Assembly (NCBI GenBank): GCA_964489495.1
Contig: CAZAZA010000003.1
Location: 1,660 to 65,659 of the forward strand
Direction: 5' to 3'
From: an uncultured Bacteroides sp.
GTDB taxonomy: Bacteria; Bacteroidota; Bacteroidia; Bacteroidales; Muribaculaceae
DNA length: 64,000 nt
Part shown: positions 39,990 through 48,417 of the stretch, piece after piece
Layout: each line of letters opens with the position of its first letter
Numbering within the stretch: position 1 is the stretch's first letter
Translations under genes and position numbers: made by a program
Notes under the pieces: generated by a model
Told to the model about the DNA's origin: nothing
Seen by the model: only the letters and a program-made list of their open reading frames with translations
The model's database searches: none

Positions 39990-40616
39990 ATGCTGTCGCG
40001 ACTTGTCGAACAACCTCCGCTGCTGTATCGCCTCCTGTTTCCGGAGGCGATATGGCGGCTTAAAAAAAATAAGCGCAAAGTGGCCTATCTCACATTCGAT
40101 GACGGTCCTGTGCCTGAGGTCACCCCGTGGGTGCTCGACACTCTTGACCGTTACGGGGTGAAAGCCACTTTTTTCATGGTGGGTGACAATGTCAGGCGTA
40201 ATCCCGATTTGTTCAGGGAGGTTCAGCGACGTGGCCACAGCTACGGCAACCACACCATGCACCACGTTCAGGGCATGAAGATCACGTCGCACTCCTATTG
40301 GCGCGACATCACCGAGGCCGATAACCTTATCGACAGTCCGTTGTTCAGACCTCCCCACGGGCTGATGCGGTGGTCGCAGGCACGAACCATCAAAGCCCAC
40401 TATAATGTGGTGATGTATGATGTGGTCACACGCGACTATAATCCCGCTCTCACGGGCGAGCGCGTGTTTGAGTCTGTGAAGAAGTTTGCCCGCAACGGTT
40501 CGCTGATTGTGTTTCACGACTCGCTCAAGGCTGCCGACCGCATGCGTTACGCTCTGCCCCGGGCCATCGAATGGCTGCAATCGCAAGGATATGAGTTGCT
40601 ACCGCTCCCTATGTAA
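39990..40616 (+). CDS. Polysaccharide deacetylase (NodB homology, CE4)
   Basis: 208 aa. LTFDDGP...ATFFMVG... and HSYGNHTMHH motifs. Starts 5 nt after the DUF2723 gene. Confidence 0.85.
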   Translation: MLSRLVEQPPLLYRLLFPEAIWRLKKNKRKVAYLTFDDGPVPEVTPWVLDTLDRYGVKATFFMVGDNVRRNPDLFREVQRRGHSYGNHTMHHVQGMKITSHSYWRDITEADNLIDSPLFRPPHGLMRWSQARTIKAHYNVVMYDVVTRDYNPALTGERVFESVKKFARNGSLIVFHDSLKAADRMRYALPRAIEWLQSQGYELLPLPM

Positions 40617-41520
40617 GGATGATTTGGCGCGTGTGCTCACGCCGAAGCGCGGAATCGCCGCTTTCGGCATTGCCGCCGCACGTCCTGTCGATGCGGAGGC
40701 TTCGGCCCGTTACAGCCGTTGGATTGCCGCCGGATGTCACGGCTCTATGGAATATCTTGCCCGCAATTGCGCTGTGCGCGATGATCCACGTCTTTTGCTC
40801 GACGACGGTGTTGCGCGGTCGCTTGTCGTGTGCGCGTTTCCTTATTATCCGCATGAAGGCCGCTCTCCCGAATTGCCGCATATCGCCCGGTATGCCCTGG
40901 GACGCGACTATCATGAAGTGGTGCGTGAGCGTCTTTCGGAGGCTGTCGGCGAGTTGCGCGATTTGTATGGAGGGGAGTGGCGCGTATGTGTCGACACAGC
41001 CCCGTTGCGCGAGCGTTATTGGGCCGTGCAGGCAGGGATCGGATTTGTGGGACGCAACAGCCAGCTGATTGTGCCGGGTGTGGGTTCGTATTGTTTTATA
41101 GGCACGATCATCACTTCTGTTGAAATAGAGCCCGACAAGCCTTGCACGTGTACGTGCGACGGTTGTGGGCGCTGTGTGGCGGAGTGTCCCGGCGGGGCAA
41201 TCGGGCCTGACGGTTCGTTCGATGCCCGCCGATGTCTGTCGTATCTTACCATCGAATATAGGGGCGCGTTTCCTGAAGGCACACGTCTCGGCAACGCCCT
41301 TTACGGCTGCGACCGTTGTCAGGAAGTGTGCCCGCACAACTGCCGGCCGATGCCGGCTCTTCTGCCTGATTTCGATCCTCGGCCCGGTTTGTTGCAACTG
41401 ACAGCCGACGATGTGGCAGGGATGACTCCTGAAGGCTTCAGCAAGTTGTTCAGTCACTCTGCTGTCAAGCGCACCAAACTTGCCGGGTTGCTGCGCAATC
41501 TGGCCGCGCTCGGCAAGTAA
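40591..41520 (+). CDS. queG: tRNA epoxyqueuosine(34) reductase
   Basis: The ORF opens at 40507 but overlaps the deacetylase gene. The ATG at 40591 is the likeliest start (inference). Two 4Fe-4S motifs (CDGCGRCVAECP, CDRCQEVCPHN) and HGSMEYL are typical of QueG. Confidence 0.85.
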   Translation: MSCYRSLCKDDLARVLTPKRGIAAFGIAAARPVDAEASARYSRWIAAGCHGSMEYLARNCAVRDDPRLLLDDGVARSLVVCAFPYYPHEGRSPELPHIARYALGRDYHEVVRERLSEAVGELRDLYGGEWRVCVDTAPLRERYWAVQAGIGFVGRNSQLIVPGVGSYCFIGTIITSVEIEPDKPCTCTCDGCGRCVAECPGGAIGPDGSFDARRCLSYLTIEYRGAFPEGTRLGNALYGCDRCQEVCPHNCRPMPALLPDFDPRPGLLQLTADDVAGMTPEGFSKLFSHSAVKRTKLAGLLRNLAALGK

Positions 41521-41598
41521 TATTCAGCTTTAAGGATATTTATGTAGCTGGCGGTCTTATTTTTATTATGTTATGAATTTATTCCGGAGTTTTTCCCT

Positions 41599-41606
41599 AA
41601 ATTTGC
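41599..41606 (+). promoter_or_regulatory. -7 box TAAATTTG upstream of the fucosidase gene
   Basis: TAnnTTTG match, about 45 nt upstream of the ATG at 41652. Confidence 0.5.
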
Positions 41607-41651
41607 AAATAGAAAATACAATCATTTATATCCCTAAAACCAAATCAGTAG

Positions 41652-43043
41652 ATGAACCTTAAAGCTTTTATCGTCTCAGCACTTTTTGCAACGGCAGCCA
41701 TAGGTTATGCCGGCGCTTCGAGCGTGGCAGGCGAGACTCCCGAACAGCAGGCTAAACGCATGGAATGGTTCGGCAATGCCAAGCTTGGCATATTTATCCA
41801 TTGGGGTCCCTACTCCACCGGACGCACTTCCGAGAGCTGGGCGTTTCACAACAGCCATATCTCGTTGAAGGACTATATGAAGCAGGCCGATGAGTTCACG
41901 GCTGCCAACTACGATCCTGAATATTGGGCCAAACTCATCAAGGAGAGTGGCGCAAAATACACGGTAATAACAACCAAACACCACGACGGATTTGCCCTTT
42001 GGGACACCAAGGCCGGCGATGTGAGTGCCGTAAAGTCGTCGCCCGCCAAGCGTGATGTGATAGCTCCGTTTGCCAAGGCTGTGCGTGATCAGGGCCTGAA
42101 ACTCGGATTTTATTATTCGCTTATCGACTGGCCTCGTCAGGACTATCCCGAGACTTACCGCGACAAGGCTCCGAAATATGACCTTAAGGCAGAGCCGAAA
42201 AAATGGCAGCACTTCCTCGACTTCAATGACGCTCAGATGAAGGAGCTCGCCACGCAGTGGAATCCCGACCTCTGGTGGTTTGACGGCGACTGGGAGCATT
42301 CGGCCGAGGAATGGAAGGCTGACCAGATTGTGGCTAAGCTCCATAGCTATAACCCCGACGTGATTGTCAATTCGCGCATACAGGGTCATGGCGATTACGA
42401 GACTCCTGAGCTTGGCGTGCCTGTCACCCGTCCCGATTCCAAGTGGTGGGAGACCTGCATGACTTCAAATGACTCATGGGGTTTCCGTCTGGCCGACAAA
42501 AATTTCAAGTCGTCTAAGACTGTCATAAAGATGCTTGCCGACTGCATCGGCATGGGTGGCAATCTGTTGCTCGACATTGGTCCGCGTGCCGATGGCACTA
42601 TTCCCGAGGAGCAGGTACAGATACTCAAAGATCTTGGCCGCTGGACAAGCAAGCATGCCGAGGCCATATACGACACTCATGCCGGCATCCCTGCCGGTCA
42701 TGTGCAGGCTTATACCGCTCTCAACAAGACCGGTGACATACTCTATCTCTTCGTTCCATATACACCCAACGAGGCAATCGAACTGAAGGGCCTTAAGAGT
42801 TATATCAAGAAGGCGCGTGTGGTCGGTACTGACCGTGAACTCACCTGGAAACTCTACAACGATGTTTCGTGGGGCGTTGCTGCCGGATGCTACTACATCG
42901 ATGTACCGGCCGACGTTTGTGACCCCGACATGACCGTAATAGCCCTTGAGCTGGAGGAACCGGTCAAACTCTACAGCGGCTCAGGTCAGGTAATGACCTT
43001 CAACGACATCGAGTCAGCCGCCATCTCTTCCGAAAAGAAGTAA
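41652..43043 (+). CDS. Alpha-L-fucosidase (GH29)
   Basis: 463 aa. Signal peptide. KLGIFIHWGPYS and TKHHDGFALWDTK motifs are typical of GH29. Confidence 0.9.
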   Translation: MNLKAFIVSALFATAAIGYAGASSVAGETPEQQAKRMEWFGNAKLGIFIHWGPYSTGRTSESWAFHNSHISLKDYMKQADEFTAANYDPEYWAKLIKESGAKYTVITTKHHDGFALWDTKAGDVSAVKSSPAKRDVIAPFAKAVRDQGLKLGFYYSLIDWPRQDYPETYRDKAPKYDLKAEPKKWQHFLDFNDAQMKELATQWNPDLWWFDGDWEHSAEEWKADQIVAKLHSYNPDVIVNSRIQGHGDYETPELGVPVTRPDSKWWETCMTSNDSWGFRLADKNFKSSKTVIKMLADCIGMGGNLLLDIGPRADGTIPEEQVQILKDLGRWTSKHAEAIYDTHAGIPAGHVQAYTALNKTGDILYLFVPYTPNEAIELKGLKSYIKKARVVGTDRELTWKLYNDVSWGVAAGCYYIDVPADVCDPDMTVIALELEEPVKLYSGSGQVMTFNDIESAAISSEKK

Positions 43044-43057
43044 ATTCCCTCCATACA

Positions 43058-43113
43058 TAAAACCCCAACCGGGGCATGAAAGATGATGTGCTTTCATGTC
43101 CCGGTTGGGGTTT
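43058..43113 (+). terminator. 24-bp stem hairpin after the fucosidase gene
   Basis: aaaaccccaaccggggcatgaaag ..8-nt loop.. ctttcatgtcccggttggggtttt (one G-U pair), followed by T-rich sequence. Confidence 0.75.
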
Positions 43114-43129
43114 TATTAAAGTGGTTGTA

Positions 43130-43301
43130 TATCAAACACCAATATTGGGAACATCTACATATTGGAATGCTTGCTACAAACAAAAAATGTGGATTTTACC
43201 GATTATAATCGGTAAAATCCACATTTTTTGTTTTAAATCCAGGTTATACTCGGGAATATTATCCAATGATGGTCTTCTGATCATCAATCAAACACCAATA
43301 T
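43130..43301. repeat. 16-nt perfect direct repeats (atcaaacaccaatatt at 43130-43145 and 43286-43301) enclosing a 56-bp perfect palindrome (43177-43232)
   Basis: Read directly. The palindrome is aaacaaaaaatgtggattttaccgatta|taatcggtaaaatccacattttttgttt with no spacer. Confidence 0.9.
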
Positions 43302-43318
43302 TATATTTATAATATAAT

Positions 43319-43342
43319 TGTAGGGTTGCGGCATGCCGCAAC
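43319..43342 (+). repeat. REP-like element: GTAG plus 20-bp perfect palindrome
   Basis: gtag ggttgcggca|tgccgcaacc. Confidence 0.7.
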
Positions 43343-43400
43343 CGAAGCTAACGAGGTAATTTTTAGATGTTTAATATTGTGTTTGCCCCTGTCGTTGCTC

Positions 43401-43424
43401 GGATGTTCCGTGGAACATCCCTAC
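43401..43424 (-). repeat. REP-like element (minus orientation): GTAG plus 9-bp stem palindrome
   Basis: The plus strand reads ggatgttcc gt ggaacatcc ctac. On the minus strand this is GTAG then the palindrome. The GTAG overlaps the stop codon of the hepT remnant. Confidence 0.55.
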
Positions 43425-43556
43425 ATGTCGAAATGCGTGTACTCGTATTCTGCTATTATTCGTTCAATATCTTTTTTGAGTTCCGGAATATGCCGTTTTA
43501 CCAAGCTCCACAAAAACTCCGGTTGAACATTATCGTAGGCGTGTTATTCTATTGCG
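43421..43556 (-). pseudogene. hepT: HepT (DUF86, HEPN) toxin remnant: only the C-terminal about 45 codons, with a frame disruption inside the Rx4HxY motif
   Basis: The minus strand right after the mntA stop reads cgc aat aga ata (RNRI). After a frame slip it reads HAYDNVQPEFLWSLVKRHIPELKKDIERIIAEYEYTHFDM*. This resembles the RNxxxHxY..(V/I)W...LP.L end of HepT. No N-terminal part is present. Confidence 0.6.
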
Positions 43557-43560
43557 TGTG

Positions 43561-43863
43561 TCAATAAATCAGTTGTTTTGTACGATTGACATTCGCAATA
43601 AAATACTTGTTCCTCAATCCTTTTTCTTCGATTAAGTCGACTTTGCGATTGAAAAGGTGTTCCAAAGCGTCCCGCAAACCGAAATAATTGCTTACGTAGT
43701 CAAATTGATCATGGTCGACAGGCTCAAAATCAACCAATAAATCCACGTCGCTCTTGTCGTTGAATCTATCTGTAAGAATTGATCCAAAAACAGCCAATGT
43801 CTTTACCTTGTGCTTGCGACACAGGTCGAAAATCCGTTGTAAATTAAGTTCGATCAGTTTCAT
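43561..43863 (-). CDS. mntA: MntA-type nucleotidyltransferase (type VII TA antitoxin family)
   Basis: 100 aa. ..LAVFGSILTDRFNDKSDVDLLVDF.. has the GS-x10-DxD minimal nucleotidyltransferase signature. Confidence 0.8.
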   Translation of the reverse strand: MKLIELNLQRIFDLCRKHKVKTLAVFGSILTDRFNDKSDVDLLVDFEPVDHDQFDYVSNYFGLRDALEHLFNRKVDLIEEKGLRNKYFIANVNRTKQLIY

Positions 43864-43936
43864 AAGCAGTTATCATTTGAAAAATCAACACTTTGGAGTT
43901 GGAAAAAGTTGTTCCAATCGGGTGTGGTTACCGGGG

Positions 43937-44830
43937 TTACCGGGCGAGGACGGCGGCGATGTCGGCGGCGGTGCCGTTGAACGGGCCGGAGTGGCGGAGC
44001 TTCAGCGTACACATGGCGGCGGCATAGCATCCGGCGTCGTAGTAGGAGGCGCCCCGGCTGCGACTGTAGAGGTAGCCGGCCATGTAAGTGTCGCCGCAGC
44101 CGGTTGCGTCGACCACTTCGTCGAGCGGGAAGGCCGGAATCTCATAGAACTCTCCGCCGGCATATATCAGCGAACCACGGTCGCCCAAGGTCAGAAGGAC
44201 CTCTCCGCAGCCCCATCCGGCAAGCTTCAGCGCGGCCTCATGAGGGTCAGCTGTGCCGGTGATGGTTTCCATCTCCTTCTCATTGGCCTTCAGAATGTCG
44301 ATATATTTGAGGGCTTCGAGCTTGTCGTTCCAGTCGACTGCGTAAACCTTTTCGCCGCGAACCTCGCGCAGATAGCCCTGCACGTCGACCGACACACGGC
44401 CCTTTGTCGAAAGCAGCTTTATGGCATCGAGCGAGAAATCGTCGGCAAGAAGCGTCCCCAAGTGAAACACCCGTGCTTTGACATCGCGAAGGTTATCAAC
44501 GGTGAATGGATCGGCCTTGGCGAGCACGCGCTGAGTGCGGTCGTTCTGGTTCTCGCCATACTTATTCTCGAAAAACACCGACTTGCGCGATGGAATCACG
44601 TCAACGTTTATGTCCATTGCACGTATCTCCTCGACCGCCCCGAGTTCGCTCTCACCCACCGAGGTGATGAGTTTGAAGCCGTCATGCTCAAGCCCGGCCA
44701 GGGCATTGGCGAAATAGAAAGCCGTGCCGCCGGGCATATATTTTTCAAGCTTCGGGGTTATGATTTTGTCGAGCGTTATATGTCCGATGCAGCAGATATC
44801 GGCGGTGGTGTCGCAGTTGTTTGTAGTCAT
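43937..44830 (-). CDS. PfkB-family carbohydrate kinase
   Basis: The ORF extends to 44956. The ATG at 44830 (MTTNNCDTTADICCIGHITLDKI..) starts 2 nt after the upstream permease stop. DATGCGDTYMAGY is the PfkB signature. Confidence 0.8.
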   Translation of the reverse strand: MTTNNCDTTADICCIGHITLDKIITPKLEKYMPGGTAFYFANALAGLEHDGFKLITSVGESELGAVEEIRAMDINVDVIPSRKSVFFENKYGENQNDRTQRVLAKADPFTVDNLRDVKARVFHLGTLLADDFSLDAIKLLSTKGRVSVDVQGYLREVRGEKVYAVDWNDKLEALKYIDILKANEKEMETITGTADPHEAALKLAGWGCGEVLLTLGDRGSLIYAGGEFYEIPAFPLDEVVDATGCGDTYMAGYLYSRSRGASYYDAGCYAAAMCTLKLRHSGPFNGTAADIAAVLAR

Positions 44831-44832
44831 AT

Positions 44833-46062
44833 TTATTTTGATTGAGTCTTGGAGAACGCCCCCGACAATGCCATACCTCCGTAAATGAGCACGGCGCAGT
44901 AGGCTAAGGCGGGCACCACGAATGCTGTGGATATGGAAGTGACTCCGGCTGTCCAACCCATCAGGAATGTGCCGACAGCTCCGCCCAGAGGCGTCATCAT
45001 CAGGAACGAGGAAGCGATTTTGGTGTCAGACCCGCATTCGCTGATAGTGATTGCAAAAATAGTAGGAAACATTATAGCCTCGAAGGCATAGCACATAAAC
45101 AGGCCGGCACGCGACAGCACCCCTAAGTCGAGGGCCACGAGCGATGCGCCGATCACCGTCATAACCGCGCATGCCACAAGTACCTTTTCGGCCCTGACGC
45201 GCTTCATTATCGAGCTGCCCGCCACACGGGCAACCATAAACAGACCGAGTGCGCCGAACGAAAGCACCCATGTGGCTGTGACCTTGTCCATCCACCCGCT
45301 GTCGGTGGCATAGTTGATAAACAGGCTGTTGATGGCTATTTCGGCTATTTCGTAGCAGAAGAGGGCAAGCACGCCGATTCTGAACCGTCGCGACGACCAC
45401 AGACGGCGTATCGAAGCCCCCGTGCCGCAGTCTCTTTCCGGGCTGTCGCACTGTGTGCTTCGTATTTCGGGCAGGCTGACACGCGTGAAAACCAACGCCA
45501 CGGTCAGCACCACAACGCCCATTATCGAGTAGGGGAGCGCCACAGAGCCACCGCCGTCGCCCGAGAACAGAAACCCTCCGACGAGCACCGGACCGAGTAT
45601 GCATCCTAACCCGTTGAACGACTGGGCCAGATTGAGTCGGCTCGCGGCCGTGGCCGGGCTACCGAGCTCGGCGGCATAAGGGTTGGCCGCCGTCTCAAGG
45701 GTGGCAAGTCCGCAACCTATCACAAACAGAGCCGTCAGATACACGCCGAACGAGCCCGACATGTCGCCGGGGATAAACGCCAGCGCCCCCAGCCCGAACA
45801 GCAGCAGTCCGAGCACCACACCGCGCCTGTATCCGAACCGCGTGATGAAAATGCCGGCCGGCAGCGCCATCAGCGCGTAGGCCACATAAGTCGTTGCCTG
45901 GATCATGGTGCTGTGCACGATGGATATGTCGAGAGATTCCTGAAAGTGCTTGTTGAGCACGTCGAGTATGGCCCGGGCAAACCCCCACATGAAAAACAGC
46001 GAGGTGATCAGAATGAAGGGCAGAAGGTAATGACGGCCTATTAATGACGGTTTATTGTTCAT
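44833..46062 (-). CDS. MFS sugar:H+ symporter (FucP/GluP-like)
   Basis: The ORF extends to 46152. The ATG at 46062 (MNNKPSLIGRHYLLPFILITSLFFMWGFARAILDVLNKHFQ) matches the usual N-terminus of fucose/glucose-galactose permeases. 12 TM-like segments. Confidence 0.8.
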   Translation of the reverse strand: MNNKPSLIGRHYLLPFILITSLFFMWGFARAILDVLNKHFQESLDISIVHSTMIQATTYVAYALMALPAGIFITRFGYRRGVVLGLLLFGLGALAFIPGDMSGSFGVYLTALFVIGCGLATLETAANPYAAELGSPATAASRLNLAQSFNGLGCILGPVLVGGFLFSGDGGGSVALPYSIMGVVVLTVALVFTRVSLPEIRSTQCDSPERDCGTGASIRRLWSSRRFRIGVLALFCYEIAEIAINSLFINYATDSGWMDKVTATWVLSFGALGLFMVARVAGSSIMKRVRAEKVLVACAVMTVIGASLVALDLGVLSRAGLFMCYAFEAIMFPTIFAITISECGSDTKIASSFLMMTPLGGAVGTFLMGWTAGVTSISTAFVVPALAYCAVLIYGGMALSGAFSKTQSK

Positions 46063-46082
46063 AAATATAAAATTGAAACTTG

Positions 46083-46090
46083 CAAAGTTA
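46083..46090 (-). promoter_or_regulatory. -7 box TAACTTTG (minus strand) for the permease-kinase operon
   Basis: The reverse complement of caaagtta, about 20 nt upstream of the ATG at 46062. Confidence 0.55.
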
Positions 46091-46152
46091 ACAAAAAAAA
46101 ACGACACATGAGGCCTTGAATGTGTCAAATCATTAGTTTCAATTATTTTCAT

Positions 46153-46160
46153 TAACTTTG
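46153..46160 (+). promoter_or_regulatory. -7 box TAACTTTG for panB
   Basis: TAnnTTTG match, 28 nt upstream of the ATG at 46188. Divergent from the permease promoter. Confidence 0.55.
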
Positions 46161-46187
46161 CAGCCTCATTTGATAAAGTTATTGATT

Positions 46188-47006
46188 ATGTCAACCTATA
46201 TCGAAAACAAACCGAAAGTTACCACCCGCCGTCTGCTCGAAATGAAGCAGAAGGGTGAGAAAATAGCATGTATAACTGCCTATGACTACACGATGGCGCG
46301 TCTTGTCGACAATGCCGGCATCGACCTCATACTTGTGGGCGACTCGGCCGCCAACGTCATGGCCGGATATCAGACCACCATTCCCATCACGCTCGACGAA
46401 ATGATCACATATGCCAAAGGCGTAGTACGCGGCGTGACCCGGTCGATGGTGGTTGTCGACATGCCTTTCGGCTCCTATCAGACAAGCCCCGAGGAGGCAG
46501 TCCGTTCGGCCGTGCGCATAATGAAGGAGACCGGGGCTGAGGCCGTGAAGCTGGAGGGCGGTGCGGAGATAGCCGAGCATATACGCCTGATTATCGCCGC
46601 CGGTATCCCCGTGGTCGGACATTTGGGGCTCACACCCCAGTCGGTCAACGTGTTCGGCGGCTACGGCGTGCGTGCCAAGGATGAGAAAGAGGCACGTAAA
46701 TTTGCCGATGACTGCCGGCTGCTTCAGGAGTTGGGCTGCTGTGCCATAGTTTTTGAGAAAATCCCTGCGGCCCTTGCGGCATCAGTGACGGCTGAGCTTT
46801 CAGTCCCCACAATCGGTATCGGCGCGGGATCGGAAACCGACGGGCAGATCATCGTGCTTCAGGACATGCTCGGAATGAACGAAGGGTTCAAACCCAAATT
46901 CCTGCGCCTCTACGGCAACTTCGGACGCGAGATTACCGACGCGATCAACCATTACGTCACCGATGTGAAGGCCGTAGACTTCCCCAACGCCGACGAGCGT
47001 TATTGA
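46188..47006 (+). CDS. panB: 3-methyl-2-oxobutanoate hydroxymethyltransferase
   Basis: The ORF opens with TTG at 46158. The ATG at 46188 gives MSTYIENKPKVTTRRLLEMKQKGEKIACITAYDY..LVGDSAANVMAGY, which is typical of PanB. Confidence 0.93.
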   Translation: MSTYIENKPKVTTRRLLEMKQKGEKIACITAYDYTMARLVDNAGIDLILVGDSAANVMAGYQTTIPITLDEMITYAKGVVRGVTRSMVVVDMPFGSYQTSPEEAVRSAVRIMKETGAEAVKLEGGAEIAEHIRLIIAAGIPVVGHLGLTPQSVNVFGGYGVRAKDEKEARKFADDCRLLQELGCCAIVFEKIPAALAASVTAELSVPTIGIGAGSETDGQIIVLQDMLGMNEGFKPKFLRLYGNFGREITDAINHYVTDVKAVDFPNADERY

Positions 47007-47010
47007 GTCT

Positions 47011-48360
47011 ATGGGCGTGGACAAGTCGTCACTCGACGCCCTGCGCGGGCGCGGGGCCTATATGCGCATCATCCGGCTCGGCCTGCCTATACTGGTGGGC
47101 CAGTTGGGAATGATTGTTGTGGGGTTTGCCGATACCAAGATGGTGGGGCTTTATTCCACCGAGGCATTGGCTTCGGCTTCGTTTGTCAACAATCTGTTTA
47201 ATGTCGCTGTGTTTGCATGCGTGGGGTTTGCCTATGGGCTTACCCCGCTCATCGGCGCCCTGTTCGGCCAGGGACGCCGGCGTTCGATAGGCGAGATGCT
47301 GCTCAACGGCGTGTTTGTCAACACTCTGTTCTCTCTGCTTGTCACCGGCGTGATGGCGTGTATCTACTTCAACCTCGAACGGCTCGACCAGCCCGAGGAG
47401 CTTCTTCCGCTGATACGGCCCTATTTTCTGATTTACCTTGCCGGCATTGTGCCGATAGGTGTTTTCAATGCATTCGCACAGTGGAGCTATGCCATCAACC
47501 GCACGGCTCTCCCCATGTGGATAACGCTGTTTGCCAATCTGGTGAACATATTGGGCAACTGGCTGCTGATATACGGCAACTGGGGATGTCCTGAGTTAGG
47601 ACTTGTCGGGGCGGGGATTTCGACCCTTGTGTCACGTCTGCTCTGCCCGCTGATGCTTGCGGGGGCATTCTTTTTTGCCCGGATCTACCGCGAATACCGC
47701 GAAGGCTTTGTCAGGGGACGACTGCGCGGCCTTTACATCGGCCAGATCAACCGCACGTCGTGGCCTGTGTCAATGCAGATGACATTCGAGTCGGGCTCGT
47801 TCACTGCGGCAGCCGTGATGACCGGGTGGCTCGGTGCCATACCGCTTGCGGCATTCCAGATAGTGGTGATAACGGGCACGCTCGGATTCTGTATCTATTA
47901 CAGCGTGGCCGCCGCCGTGTCGGTGCTTGTCAGCAATGCCGCCGGCAACTCCGACAAGCCGCTGATGCGTCATGTGGCATGGTGCGGCTATCTGGTAATA
48001 ATGGTTCTGGCCACATGCTCCTCGGCACTCTTCATTTTTGCCGGGCCGCAGGTCATACGCCAGTTCACGCATGACCCGGCCGTGATAACGGCGGCCATGG
48101 CCCTTATCGTGCCACTGGTGCTGTATCAGTATGGCGACGCCACCCAGATAACGTTTGCCAACGCCCTGCGAGGCACCGCCAATGTGATGCCGATGATGTG
48201 GATAGCGTTTGTGTGTTACGTGGTGGTGGGTGTCCCCGCCACCTATATTCTCGGCTTTCCCTGCGGGTTGGGTGCCTACGGCATAATATTGAGTTTCTCG
48301 GTGTCGCTATTTCTGGCCGCTATACTTTTCGCTTGGTTTTTCAGGCGTGCCACCCGCTGA
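47011..48360 (+). CDS. MATE-family efflux transporter
   Basis: 449 aa. 12 TM-like segments. The N-terminal IIRLGLPILVGQLGMIVVGFADTKMVG is typical of MATE/NorM. An alternative start at 47062 is possible. Confidence 0.85.
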   Translation: MGVDKSSLDALRGRGAYMRIIRLGLPILVGQLGMIVVGFADTKMVGLYSTEALASASFVNNLFNVAVFACVGFAYGLTPLIGALFGQGRRRSIGEMLLNGVFVNTLFSLLVTGVMACIYFNLERLDQPEELLPLIRPYFLIYLAGIVPIGVFNAFAQWSYAINRTALPMWITLFANLVNILGNWLLIYGNWGCPELGLVGAGISTLVSRLLCPLMLAGAFFFARIYREYREGFVRGRLRGLYIGQINRTSWPVSMQMTFESGSFTAAAVMTGWLGAIPLAAFQIVVITGTLGFCIYYSVAAAVSVLVSNAAGNSDKPLMRHVAWCGYLVIMVLATCSSALFIFAGPQVIRQFTHDPAVITAAMALIVPLVLYQYGDATQITFANALRGTANVMPMMWIAFVCYVVVGVPATYILGFPCGLGAYGIILSFSVSLFLAAILFAWFFRRATR

Positions 48361-48378
48361 CCTTGTGGAATTTTTTAT

Positions 48379-48386
48379 TAACTTTG
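48379..48386 (+). promoter_or_regulatory. -7 box TAACTTTG for the C10 peptidase gene
   Basis: TAnnTTTG match, about 32 nt upstream of the ATG at 48418. Confidence 0.55.
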
Positions 48387-48417
48387 TGACATTTATTGCA
48401 ATAACCGAAACTCTCAG

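Noticed and set aside
43926-43943. Perfect 9-bp tandem repeat ggttaccgg ggttaccgg across the stop codon of the PfkB kinase gene.
   Set aside because: It is too short to interpret. It merely provides a second in-frame-independent TAA after the gene, with no evidence of function.
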